From Bacteroidales bacterium (GTDB taxonomy: Bacteria > Bacteroidota > Bacteroidia > Bacteroidales > WCHB1-69), in the NCBI GenBank assembly GCA_017962845.1, contig JAGCUN010000011.1, positions 65,192 to 129,191 of the forward strand: a stretch of 64,000 bases of DNA, given 5' to 3'. Shown here in pieces: positions 9,126 through 17,196 of this stretch. Within the stretch, counting starts at the first letter, position 1; each line of letters begins with the position of its first letter. Both the position numbers and the translations under genes were made by a program. Below the pieces are notes generated by a model. It was given only the letters and a program-made list of their open reading frames with translations. It made no database searches and was not told the origin of the DNA.

Positions 9126-9151
9126 TGCCATCCAGCACCTCGCCCCAGCGG

Positions 9152-10834
9152 TTATTCCCTCACCATCTTCTGTACCGCCATCACATTTCCGTTGTTCACC
9201 CATTGGATGAGGTAAACGCCGGCGGGGTAGGATGACAGGTCAATTTGTAGAGACGTTGCGCGCAACGTCTCTACGGTATGCAACAACCGTCCGTACACAT
9301 CAAACACCCGCAATTCCGCATCCTCCCATTGTCCATTGTCCATTGTACATTGTACATTGACAATCCCGTTGGTGGGGTTCGGGTAGAGGGTGAGGAGGCC
9401 GTCAGCGTAAACGGGAATGCTGTTGGTGTCGCAGGGCTCGATGGTGAGTGTCAGCGTCACGGTGCTGTCGCATCCGTGTTGAGTTAAAAGTTGAAAGTTA
9501 AAAGTCAAAAGTTGGGAGGTAGGGGTGCCGACCTCGAAGGTGGTGTCGATGTCGCCGTTCACGTAATGGTACGGCAGGTCGTGCTCGCAGAGGGTGAGTT
9601 CGATAGTATCGTTCAGTGCGGAATAGTCGCAGAGGGTGGTGAAACAGATTTCATCGCTGTAGGCCGTGCCCACCTCGTTGGTGGCGTAGGCGCGGGCGTA
9701 GTAGGTGGTGTTGGGCGTGAGGTCGGGGATGATGCTGGTGAAGGCACCCATGCCGAGGGAGTCGGTGGTGTGCAGGTTGGCGATGGTCGGGTGCGGGGTG
9801 CTGCTCCAACAAACGCCGCGGGCGGTCACTGCCGCGCTTCCTTCGGCCGTAACCTCTCCGCTGAAAGTGGCGGTAGTGACGGCAATGTCGGTGGAGGTGG
9901 CCACAACGGTGGGGACATTGCCCAGGCAGGAAGCGAAGAAGTTGTAGATCTCATCGGTGAAATCCACATCCCGATACGGACCGTGGCACCACTCGTGCTC
10001 GCCGCCGTTCACCTTGATGAGGACGGTCTTCGTGCCGAAGGTGCCGTCGCCGTAGTAGAATTTCTCGAACAGCCGGCCGTCGTCGCAGATGTCGGGGAAG
10101 ATGGTGTGGATGGCGGTGTCGGAGCACTGGTTGTAGCGGCGCCAGAACGCGATGGTGGAATCCACGCCGAGTCCGACATTCACATTGACGATGTACTGGA
10201 AACTTCCGCTGTCGTAGGTCACGATGCTGTCGGCGGTGCCGTGGAGGTGCATCACGCTCACGTGGCCGACGGGCGTGTAGGAGGTGATCTCGTTGCCGAT
10301 GGTGCCGCAAACAGGTGCGATGGCCTTGATGCGGTCGCCATGTTCAATCGCCATCCGGTGCGACATGAAGCCGCCCATCGAAACACCCGTACAGAACACA
10401 TTGCTCTGGTCGATGTTGTAATGGGCGATGAGACTGTCGAGGATGGCCATCATCAGGCCGGTGTCGTCCCGTCCTTCGCTGGCCACAATCGTATCTCCAT
10501 CCACAACGGCGCTCACCCCCGAGTGCCAAGCGTTCATGGTGATGGTGGTGTCCATCGCGGTGAAGGTGTCGGGCAGCGCCTGCGGGGTGACGGTGATCCA
10601 TCCCTGTTCGGCGGCTATGCGGTTGAAGTCAGCGTTGTACAAAACCTCGTACATGTTACCGCCCAATCCGTGAAAGATAAAGACCACCGGTGTCGGCGTG
10701 CTGGCATCGTAGGTTTCCGGCACGTATTCCAGATACTGGCGGGTGGTATCCTCCCAGCTGATGGTCTTGAGGGTTTGGGCAAAACAGGAGAGGCCAATGC
10801 AAATTGCCGTTAGAAATGCGATGGATTTTTTCAT
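9152..10834 (-). CDS. Secreted alpha/beta-hydrolase esterase (PHB-depolymerase/feruloyl-esterase-like) with FN3-like domain, Cys-rich module and T9SS C-terminal domain
   Basis: VVFIFHGLGGN and the nucleophile elbow GVSMGGF. FN3-like GVCWSSTPHPT. GCDSTVTLTLTI module. T9SS domain LYPNPTNGIVNV..GVYLIQWV. The signal peptide MKKSIAFLTAICIGLSCFAQ starts at ATG 10834. Confidence 0.8.
   Translation of the reverse strand: MKKSIAFLTAICIGLSCFAQTLKTISWEDTTRQYLEYVPETYDASTPTPVVFIFHGLGGNMYEVLYNADFNRIAAEQGWITVTPQALPDTFTAMDTTITMNAWHSGVSAVVDGDTIVASEGRDDTGLMMAILDSLIAHYNIDQSNVFCTGVSMGGFMSHRMAIEHGDRIKAIAPVCGTIGNEITSYTPVGHVSVMHLHGTADSIVTYDSGSFQYIVNVNVGLGVDSTIAFWRRYNQCSDTAIHTIFPDICDDGRLFEKFYYGDGTFGTKTVLIKVNGGEHEWCHGPYRDVDFTDEIYNFFASCLGNVPTVVATSTDIAVTTATFSGEVTAEGSAAVTARGVCWSSTPHPTIANLHTTDSLGMGAFTSIIPDLTPNTTYYARAYATNEVGTAYSDEICFTTLCDYSALNDTIELTLCEHDLPYHYVNGDIDTTFEVGTPTSQLLTFNFQLLTQHGCDSTVTLTLTIEPCDTNSIPVYADGLLTLYPNPTNGIVNVQCTMDNGQWEDAELRVFDVYGRLLHTVETLRATSLQIDLSSYPAGVYLIQWVNNGNVMAVQKMVRE
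9247..9274. repeat. Palindromic element, copy 1 (perfect 28-bp palindrome), in frame inside the esterase T9SS domain
   Basis: GTAGAGACGTTGCGCGCAACGTCTCTAC, translated on the minus strand as VETLRATSL within ..GRLLHTVETLRATSLQIDLS.. Confidence 0.9.
9326..9360. repeat. Heptanucleotide tandem repeat inside the esterase CDS
   Basis: CCATTGT x3, then ACATTGT and ACATTGA. On the coding strand it encodes NVQCTMDNGQW. Confidence 0.85.
9483..9524. repeat. Heptanucleotide purine-rich repeat (6 units, 42 nt) inside the esterase CDS
   Basis: GTTAAAA GTTGAAA GTTAAAA GTCAAAA GTTGGGA GGTAGGG on the plus strand. It encodes QLLTFNFQLLTQ on the minus strand. The sequence style matches the tracts at 14093, 17171 and 60531. 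Confidence 0.8.
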
Positions 10835-10856
10835 TGTAGAATCGTTGATTAAAAAT

Positions 10857-10886
10857 TGTAGAGACGCGCCATGGCACGTCTCTACA
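10857..10886. repeat. Palindromic element, copy 2 (5' leader/promoter region of the esterase gene)
   Basis: TGTAGAGACGCGCCATGGCACGTCTCTACA, located 23 nt upstream of ATG 10834. Confidence 0.9.
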
Positions 10887-10917
10887 ATGGTTTCGGGTAT
10901 TGTTATGGGGGTAAAGA

Positions 10918-11484
10918 TTACCATTCCAAATATTCCCATTCAGCAGCAGGAACGCTGATGTGGAAGCTGAGGGTCTGTCCGTTGGCTAATGTTCCGTTCA
11001 GTTTGTAGGTGAAGAGATCTTCGGTTTTGGTAATGGTGAGTGTTCCGCTGGTGAAAATTCCCGACGGGTATTCCTCATCGCCAATCCAACCGCTGACACC
11101 CGTGTCGTGGTGATAGTCTTGCCCCACGCCGTAGGTGTCATCATAGTTGTGGACATTGAAATAGTAATCGAAGGTGAACTCGGTAAGGTCGTAGGTTCCG
11201 TTCATACTGCTGCTCTCCACATCGGCAATGATGGAATAGAGGGGATTTTCTTCTGCATCGAGTTCGGTGGTCTGTGCATCTGCATAGCCTCGTCCGTTTT
11301 GGTCAATGCCGAGTTTGCTTTGCAAATGGTAGGTGGTTCCATTGATGATTAAAGTGTTGGCTTCGGCCTCAGTGGGTGTTGGGTCGGGGGTGGGCTCGGG
11401 TTTTTCAATGGGTTCGTCTTTTTTACAACCAGCAAAAAATAATGAGATCATGGTTGCAAACACTAACAATTTTCTTGTTTTCAT
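10918..11484 (-). CDS. Hypothetical lipoprotein
   Basis: MKTRKLLVFATMISLFFAGCKKDE lipobox from ATG 11484, followed by a Pro/Thr/Glu-rich linker. No domain recognised. Confidence 0.55.
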   Translation of the reverse strand: MKTRKLLVFATMISLFFAGCKKDEPIEKPEPTPDPTPTEAEANTLIINGTTYHLQSKLGIDQNGRGYADAQTTELDAEENPLYSIIADVESSSMNGTYDLTEFTFDYYFNVHNYDDTYGVGQDYHHDTGVSGWIGDEEYPSGIFTSGTLTITKTEDLFTYKLNGTLANGQTLSFHISVPAAEWEYLEW

Positions 11485-11533
11485 ACTTTTTATTTTGATG
11501 AATATTAAAAGAATTAGATTGTTTTTCGGGGTG

Positions 11534-11541
11534 CAAAGATA
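11534..11541 (-). promoter_or_regulatory. Bacteroidota -7 promoter box (TAnnTTTG)
   Basis: The minus strand reads TATCTTTG, about 50 nt upstream of ATG 11484. Confidence 0.5.
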
Positions 11542-11634
11542 CAATTAAATTGTTGAATTATAGCACATATATAAAAAATGTTAGTTGTCAGGCATTAATC
11601 ATATTTTGAGGAATATTATCATTTGATTTTTTTG

Positions 11635-11642
11635 TAATTTTG
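11635..11642 (+). promoter_or_regulatory. Bacteroidota -7 promoter box (TAnnTTTG)
   Basis: TAATTTTG sits directly upstream of the riboswitch aptamer. Confidence 0.5.
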
Positions 11643-11651
11643 CAGCCGCAA

Positions 11652-11722
11652 AAGAAAGGGGTGCCGCAAGGCTGAGATCACACCCAATGAACCTGATTCG
11701 GATAATGCCGACGTAGGGAGAT
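11652..11722 (+). promoter_or_regulatory. TPP (THI-box) riboswitch
   Basis: GGGGTGCCGCAAGGCTGAGATCACACCCAATGAACCTGATTCGGATAATGCCGACGTAGGGA matches the conserved THI-box cores (GGGGUGC, GCUGAGA, ACCC, GAACCUGAU, GGAUAAUGCC, GUAGGGA). A downstream CCCCCTTTC (about 11743-11751) can pair with GAAAGGGG at the 5' side. Confidence 0.85.
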
Positions 11723-11785
11723 TTAGCGCGATTTTCGTTTCCCCCTTTCAATATTTATTGTTTAACCAAAATAATATTGAGAAGG

Positions 11786-14092
11786 ATGAAAAAAATGAAT
11801 TTGAAAAGCAAGACACTGATTCTGATGTCTTTACTGATGATGACGGGCCTCCGGCTCTTCGCACAGGATGTATCTGCCGACACCACGCCCACGGTGCTGC
11901 CGGGTGTGCAGATTTTGTGGTGGGTGCAGCCCGAACAAAAGGAGGCTGCCTTTTCCGTCTCTTCCATCAACAAAGAAGAGATTAAAACCCACATCGGCAA
12001 TGGTAGTGTCAACAACATTTTCGACCGTATCCCATCGATGATCACCACCTCCGACGCCGGTACCGGTATCGGTTACAACTACATGCGTATCCGTGGTATC
12101 GACCAGACCCGTATCAACGTCACCGTGAACGGGGTGGCACTCAACGATGCCGAGTCGCAGGGCTCATGGTTTGTCAACTTGCCCGACTTTGGTTCGAAGG
12201 TGCAGCATTTGGATGTGCAGCGCGGAGCGGGAACCTCCAACAACGGTGCCGCCGCTTTCGGAGCCAGCATGAACTTCTACACCCTCTTCCCCTCCACCAA
12301 ACCATACGCTGAAATCAGCAGTTCGGCAGGCTCGTTCTACACCTTCCGCAACTCCATCAGCGTCGGTACGGGACTTATCAAAAAACGCTTCTCCGCCGAC
12401 GTGGCCTACTCGAACGTGATGAGCCGCGGCTACATCGAGAACGCCTCAGCCCGTCTCCACTCGCTATTCTTCACCGCCAACTATATTCTTTTGAATGAAA
12501 AGAAAAACAAGGATTATGGTCGTCTCCAGTTCAACTTGCTGTACGGCAACGAGAAAACGGGGCTGGCGTGGAATGGTGTGCCCTCTGACATGCTTGCCAC
12601 CGACCGGCGCTACAACAGCTGCGGCCTTTATACCGATGATAATGGCAATGTCCAGCATTACGACAACGAGACCGACAACTACCAGCAAACCCACTACCAG
12701 CTTCATTATATGCTGAACCGCGCCGCTGGCTCACGCGGTTTTATCGATTTCAAAGCATCCCTCCACCTTACTCGCGGTATCGGCTATTATGAAGAGTATA
12801 AAGAAGATAAGAAGTTCAAGAAATATAATCTCCAATCTATTTTAGGAGACTCTACCGCCAACTATGTTTCAGATTTCGTGACCCGCAAATGGCTCGACAA
12901 CTACTTCTATGGAGGTGCCTTCAACTTGAAACACACCATACGGGGAGGTGCTACTGCAACCAAACGTCACACTTACACTTGGATGGTCGGTGGTGCCGCC
13001 AACCGCTACGACGGAAAGCATTACGGCTCTCTCGAATGGATGCAGTATAACTATGGAGTGGATAAATCATGGCACTGGTACGATGGTACCGGCAGCAAAC
13101 AGCAGTACAATCTCTATGGCAAGTTCATCTATAATTTGGGTTTCGACACGGAGAAGATTTTGGGCGGCCTTAACACCTATGCCGACCTGCAGGTGCGGGG
13201 CATCCGCTACGACATCACCGGCATCAACTCCGACCTGATGGATATAACCCAGAATCATAAATGGATATTCGTCAATCCTAAGGTGGGTGCGGATTTCAAT
13301 TGGAATAAGAGAGAGTCCAAATGGAACCATGACCTCTATTTCGCCTTTTCTACCGCCAACCGCGAGCCCACCCGTGCCGACCTCACCGATGCCGACAAGG
13401 TTCAGCGCCCCAAACCGGAGACCATGTACGACTTTGAGTTGGGTTACCTGCTGCACGGGCCGAAATACGACTTTTCTGCCAACGCCTATTTCATGTACTA
13501 TATCGACCAGCTGGTGCTGACTGGCGAAATCAACGCGGTGGGCGCTGCCATTATGACCAATGCCGACCGCAGCTACCGTACAGGTATTGAGCTGGTGTCC
13601 TCCTACCGTCCTGTAAAATGGTTTGCATGGGAAATCAACGGTACCTTCTCGCTGAACAAGATTTTGGACTATACCGAGTATGTGGACGATTGGGATAATG
13701 GTGGACAGATTGTCAACCACCTGGGCACTACCACCATCTCATTCTCGCCCAGCATCGTGGCCAACAACGAGTTTGTATTCACGCCGGTGAAGAATTTCGA
13801 CATCTCTTTCATCACCAAATTCGTCAGCCGCCAGTACATCGACAACTCTGCCCGCAAGGAGTACTCGATAGATCCTTACTGCGTGAACAATTTGCAGCTG
13901 AGCTATACCATCAACACGAAGCCGATTCCTGAAATCGGACTCTTCTTCCAGGTCAACAACATCTTCAATGCGAAATACGAAAGCAACGCATGGTTGTATC
14001 GCTACTATTATGGTGGCGAGGAGTGTCGCGATGATGGTTATTTCCCGCAAGCCGGCATCAACTTCATGGGCGGCGTGAGACTGAAATGGTAA
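11786..14092 (+). CDS. TonB-dependent receptor (riboswitch-controlled, presumably thiamine-related uptake)
   Basis: Signal peptide MKKMNLKSKTLILMSLLMMTGLRLFAQ. Plug-domain motifs (DRIPSMITT..MRIRGIDQTRINVTVNGVALND). Long beta-barrel with a terminal GINFMGGVRLKW. It directly follows the TPP riboswitch. Confidence 0.85.
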   Translation: MKKMNLKSKTLILMSLLMMTGLRLFAQDVSADTTPTVLPGVQILWWVQPEQKEAAFSVSSINKEEIKTHIGNGSVNNIFDRIPSMITTSDAGTGIGYNYMRIRGIDQTRINVTVNGVALNDAESQGSWFVNLPDFGSKVQHLDVQRGAGTSNNGAAAFGASMNFYTLFPSTKPYAEISSSAGSFYTFRNSISVGTGLIKKRFSADVAYSNVMSRGYIENASARLHSLFFTANYILLNEKKNKDYGRLQFNLLYGNEKTGLAWNGVPSDMLATDRRYNSCGLYTDDNGNVQHYDNETDNYQQTHYQLHYMLNRAAGSRGFIDFKASLHLTRGIGYYEEYKEDKKFKKYNLQSILGDSTANYVSDFVTRKWLDNYFYGGAFNLKHTIRGGATATKRHTYTWMVGGAANRYDGKHYGSLEWMQYNYGVDKSWHWYDGTGSKQQYNLYGKFIYNLGFDTEKILGGLNTYADLQVRGIRYDITGINSDLMDITQNHKWIFVNPKVGADFNWNKRESKWNHDLYFAFSTANREPTRADLTDADKVQRPKPETMYDFELGYLLHGPKYDFSANAYFMYYIDQLVLTGEINAVGAAIMTNADRSYRTGIELVSSYRPVKWFAWEINGTFSLNKILDYTEYVDDWDNGGQIVNHLGTTTISFSPSIVANNEFVFTPVKNFDISFITKFVSRQYIDNSARKEYSIDPYCVNNLQLSYTINTKPIPEIGLFFQVNNIFNAKYESNAWLYRYYYGGEECRDDGYFPQAGINFMGGVRLKW

Positions 14093-14141
14093 GGGAAGTT
14101 GAAAACTGAAAATTGAAAACTGAGAATGGAAAGTTGAAGGG
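14093..14141 (+). repeat. Heptanucleotide purine-rich tandem repeat (7 units) directly after the stop codon
   Basis: GGGAAGT TGAAAAC TGAAAAT TGAAAAC TGAGAAT GGAAAGT TGAAGGG begins one nt after TAA 14090-14092. Confidence 0.85.
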
Positions 14142-14161
14142 TATTCCAAATAGATAAAAAC

Positions 14162-14195
14162 AAAAAAGGCACTCTGTTCAGAGCGCCTTTTTTTA
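14162..14195. terminator. Bidirectional rho-independent terminator between convergent genes
   Basis: AAAAAAGGCACTCTG-TT-CAGAGCGCCTTTTTTT: the stem has one mismatch and is flanked by an A-run and a T-run. Confidence 0.7.
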
Positions 14196-14211
14196 TGCAC
14201 AAGAAAAATGA

Positions 14212-14949
14212 TTATTTCACGTAGTAGGTCAAACGCATGGTGATGCTGACGCGCTTGCTCTTTGACCAGGTGTTGTAGGCACCGCCCCATGAATAGTCTT
14301 CATTGTTGGAGTTGGGGGAGGTGATTTGGAAAACACCCATATTGCTGGATTTCAAACCGTTGAGTTTTCCGCCAGCAGCTTCTACGATGGTTTCAGCGCG
14401 GTTTTTGGCATCCTTGGTGGCATCTTCCAGCATCTTGATTTTCAGGTCAGCCAGTTTGGTATAATAGTAGCTCGGGTCGTAGATGTTGATGTTGATATCT
14501 TCATTCATCAGTTCAGCGAGATTCAGTTTTTCGAGCGTGGCAATGTCCTTGCTCTCGATGCGCACCTCTTGGGTGAAGCGGTAGCCCTTGAATTCATAGT
14601 AGCTGCGCTGTGCGACGCGGTCGTAAACGTACTCTTCTTCACGATCGGTGGAAACAGTCTTGAACTCCACATCCTTCAAGTTGATGCCATTGGAAGTCAG
14701 GAAGTTCTTTACGATTTCAGATTCTTTTTTGATGTTAGCATAACCTTCTTTCATATCTTTATTGATAATGGAGAAGGAGAAACTCTGAACCATCAGGTCA
14801 GACTCAAAGTCTTTTTCGGCGAGGCCGACGACAGAAATGGTGCGAACAGGGGCTTTTGCCTTGAAGAAAGAGAGGCCCACTGCAAGTGCTCCGCCTACAA
14901 AACAGAGGCCGACGATGCACGCGATGATGATTTTGTGTGTGTTTGACAT
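14212..14949 (-). CDS. SIMPL-domain (DUF541-like) membrane-anchored protein
   Basis: N-terminal TM anchor (IIIACIVGLCFVGGALAVGLSFF). The size and alternating pattern fit SIMPL/26-kDa periplasmic antigen proteins. The assignment is tentative. Confidence 0.45.
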   Translation of the reverse strand: MSNTHKIIIACIVGLCFVGGALAVGLSFFKAKAPVRTISVVGLAEKDFESDLMVQSFSFSIINKDMKEGYANIKKESEIVKNFLTSNGINLKDVEFKTVSTDREEEYVYDRVAQRSYYEFKGYRFTQEVRIESKDIATLEKLNLAELMNEDININIYDPSYYYTKLADLKIKMLEDATKDAKNRAETIVEAAGGKLNGLKSSNMGVFQITSPNSNNEDYSWGGAYNTWSKSKRVSITMRLTYYVK

Positions 14950-15016
14950 GGGATTAAAGTTTTAAATTTAAAATGAAAACGAAACGTAATATCTGAAATT
15001 GTATCGAAATGAAAAT

Positions 15017-15442
15017 TTATTTCACCCCATTTTCTTCCTTCCACTTTTGGAAAAAATCGGGAGTCTGGAGCACCAGGTTGCGGTCGTGGTCGATGAAGAC
15101 CTGCACCGAGTGCCCAGTTGCCGCCAACTGATTGGTTTCCAGATCAAAAACTTCGTAGTCGAATACAATCTTGGAGGCGTCGGTCGGACGGAAAGTGATG
15201 ACCACACGTGCCTGATGCTGGTACTGGAGAGGCTGTTTGTAGTTGAGTTTCAACTCCACCAGCGGGGCATAGTAGCCGTAGTCGTAAATCCGCAAATATT
15301 CCAGATGGTACTTCCTGCCAAACTCTTCGCGAGCATCCTCGAAATACTGCACGTAGGAGCCGTGCCACACGATGGACATGGAATCCACTTCCGAGAAGCG
15401 GATGTCGATGATTTTTTCGGCAGAAAGCAGGGGTTCTTTCAT
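15017..15442 (-). CDS. Hotdog-fold acyl-CoA thioesterase (YbgC/4HBT family)
   Basis: IRFSEVDSMSIVWHGSYVQYFEDAREEFGRKY matches the 4HBT catalytic-Asp N-terminal motif. 141 aa. Confidence 0.75.
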   Translation of the reverse strand: MKEPLLSAEKIIDIRFSEVDSMSIVWHGSYVQYFEDAREEFGRKYHLEYLRIYDYGYYAPLVELKLNYKQPLQYQHQARVVITFRPTDASKIVFDYEVFDLETNQLAATGHSVQVFIDHDRNLVLQTPDFFQKWKEENGVK

Positions 15443-15445
15443 ATC

Positions 15446-15859
15446 TTATTGTGTAATAAATACTTTCATGCTGCATGTGGCCACCAGTTGCTCTTCGCAA
15501 GTCACTGTAGCGTCCACCACCAAGGCATTGGCAACGCCGGCCACTACGTGGATAGTGGTGACAAGAGTTTGTCCCACCTTGGGCAGTACGTGAAGCTGGA
15601 ATTGGTTGATGCCGCCGATGACTCCGATGGGCACGTTGACTCCTCCAGCGCAAAATCCTACGCGGGCGGCACTGGTCTGCGCGATATTCTCCATCAGTCC
15701 GGTCTCGCGAAGCCGTCCGTTCTCCACGAAAACGTTGTCGGGACGGATCAGCAAGTCGGTGACAAAGACATTGTCTTCACTGTTTAATATATTGTCTATC
15801 ATTACGATAGGCGGTCTTTGCGGAATGTAGTCTTGTGCGTGGATGGGAAAGTTGGGCAT
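15446..15859 (-). CDS. Hotdog-fold protein, FabZ/FabA-like dehydratase family
   Basis: 137 aa. YIPQRPPIVMIDNI resembles the lPHRyPflLvD start of FabZ-like dehydratases. It lies 3 nt from the thioesterase gene. Confidence 0.5.
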   Translation of the reverse strand: MPNFPIHAQDYIPQRPPIVMIDNILNSEDNVFVTDLLIRPDNVFVENGRLRETGLMENIAQTSAARVGFCAGGVNVPIGVIGGINQFQLHVLPKVGQTLVTTIHVVAGVANALVVDATVTCEEQLVATCSMKVFITQ

Positions 15860-15865
15860 GGTGTT

Positions 15866-17170
15866 TTATTTTTGGCGGAAATAGATTTCGATGGGAACGC
15901 CGTGGAAATCCCACTGTTCGCGGATGCGGTTTTCGAGGTAGCGTTTGTATGATTCGCGCACGTATTGGGGCAGGTTGCAGAAGAAGGCGAACGAGGGAAC
16001 GGCGGTGGGGAGCTGTGTCACAAACTTGATGCGGATCATCTTGTCGCGGTTGATGGGCGGCGGAGTTTTCTGGATGATGGGTAGCAGGTAGTCGTTAAGT
16101 TCGGAGGTGGGGATGCGACGCTGGCGGTTTTTATGCACCTCCACGGCGGTCTCTAACACCTTGTAAATGCGCTGTTTGTTGATAACCGAGGTGAAAATGA
16201 TGGGCACATCGTCGAACGGTTCGATACGTTTGCGCACCAGCTCTTCGTATTCTTTATGGGTGTGATTGTCTTTTTCGATGAGGTCCCACTTGTTCATCAC
16301 CACCACGATGCCTTTTTTGTTGCGGGCACAGAGACTGAAGATGTTGAGGTCTTGTGCGTCGAAGCCGGTGGAAGCGTCGCACATGAGGATGCACACGTCG
16401 CTGCTTTCGATGGCGCGGATGGCGCGCATCACGGAGTAGAACTCGAGATTTTCCTCTACCTTTTTCTTTTTGCGCAGACCGGCGGTGTCCACCAAGTAGA
16501 AGTCGAAGCCGAAGCCGGAGTAGCGGGTGAAGATGGAGTCGCGGGTGGTGCCGGCGAGAGGGGTTACAATGTGGCGGTCTTCGCCGAGGAAAGTGTTGAT
16601 AATGGAGGATTTACCCACGTTGGGCTTGCCCACCACGGTAATCTTCGGCAGCTCGTCGATGATGTGGTCCTCTTCGTGGGTGAAGTGTTTCACCACGGCA
16701 TCAAGCAAATCGCCGGTGCCGCTGCCCGACACGGCGGAGATGGGGAAGATCTCATCCACGCCGAGGGCGTAAAATTCGGTATAGTCGAAAAAGTTGGAGG
16801 GACTGTCGATTTTGTTGACGGCCAGATAGAAAGGCTTCTTGGAGCGGCGCAGGATGGAGGCGATCTCCTCGTCCAACGGCGAGAGGCCTTCGCGGCCGTC
16901 CACCACCAGCACAATCACATCCGACTCGTCGATGGCCAAAGCGGCCTGCTTGCGGATCTCTGCCTCGAAAATGTCGGAGGAACCCACCACGTAGCCGCCA
17001 GTGTCGATGACCGAAAACTCGTAGCCGTTCCAGTCGGACTTGCCGTAGTTGCGGTCGCGGGTCACACCGGCAATGCTGTCCACGATGGCCTCGCGGCTCT
17101 GGGTGAGGCGGTTGAAAAGGGTTGATTTGCCGACATTCGGTCGTCCGACCAGGGATAATATATTGCTCAT
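15866..17170 (-). CDS. der: Ribosome-associated GTPase Der (EngA)
   Basis: Two tandem G domains (GRPNVGKSTLFN..DTGG; GKPNVGKSSIIN..DTAG..NKWD) plus a KH-like C-terminus. Confidence 0.95.
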   Translation of the reverse strand: MSNILSLVGRPNVGKSTLFNRLTQSREAIVDSIAGVTRDRNYGKSDWNGYEFSVIDTGGYVVGSSDIFEAEIRKQAALAIDESDVIVLVVDGREGLSPLDEEIASILRRSKKPFYLAVNKIDSPSNFFDYTEFYALGVDEIFPISAVSGSGTGDLLDAVVKHFTHEEDHIIDELPKITVVGKPNVGKSSIINTFLGEDRHIVTPLAGTTRDSIFTRYSGFGFDFYLVDTAGLRKKKKVEENLEFYSVMRAIRAIESSDVCILMCDASTGFDAQDLNIFSLCARNKKGIVVVMNKWDLIEKDNHTHKEYEELVRKRIEPFDDVPIIFTSVINKQRIYKVLETAVEVHKNRQRRIPTSELNDYLLPIIQKTPPPINRDKMIRIKFVTQLPTAVPSFAFFCNLPQYVRESYKRYLENRIREQWDFHGVPIEIYFRQK

Positions 17171-17196
17171 GTTGGTTTCAATTTTCAGGTTTTCAC
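17171..17196 (-). repeat. TGAAAAN heptamer tract abutting the der start codon
   Basis: The minus strand reads GTGAAAAC CTGAAAAT TGAAACC AAC, followed directly by ATG (der). Confidence 0.6.

Noticed and set aside
10857-10886. Paired inverted GAGACG/CGTCTC (BsmBI/Esp3I) sites resemble a Golden Gate cloning stuffer, which could indicate engineered DNA.
   Set aside because: Seven diverged copies are embedded in native intergenic and coding contexts, with variable loops and degenerate arms. This argues for a natural REP-like family, and no vector sequence is nearby.
10835-10939. Several track ORFs have N-terminal extensions: 10835-10939, 11485-11544, 26323-26406, 27122-27265, 36399-36446, 36447-36536, 45279-45341, 56074-56169 and 62877-62942.
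   Set aside because: In each case an internal ATG is followed at once by a canonical signal peptide or a conserved N-terminus. The extension overlaps a promoter box, a repeat or the neighbouring gene. The shorter starts were used.
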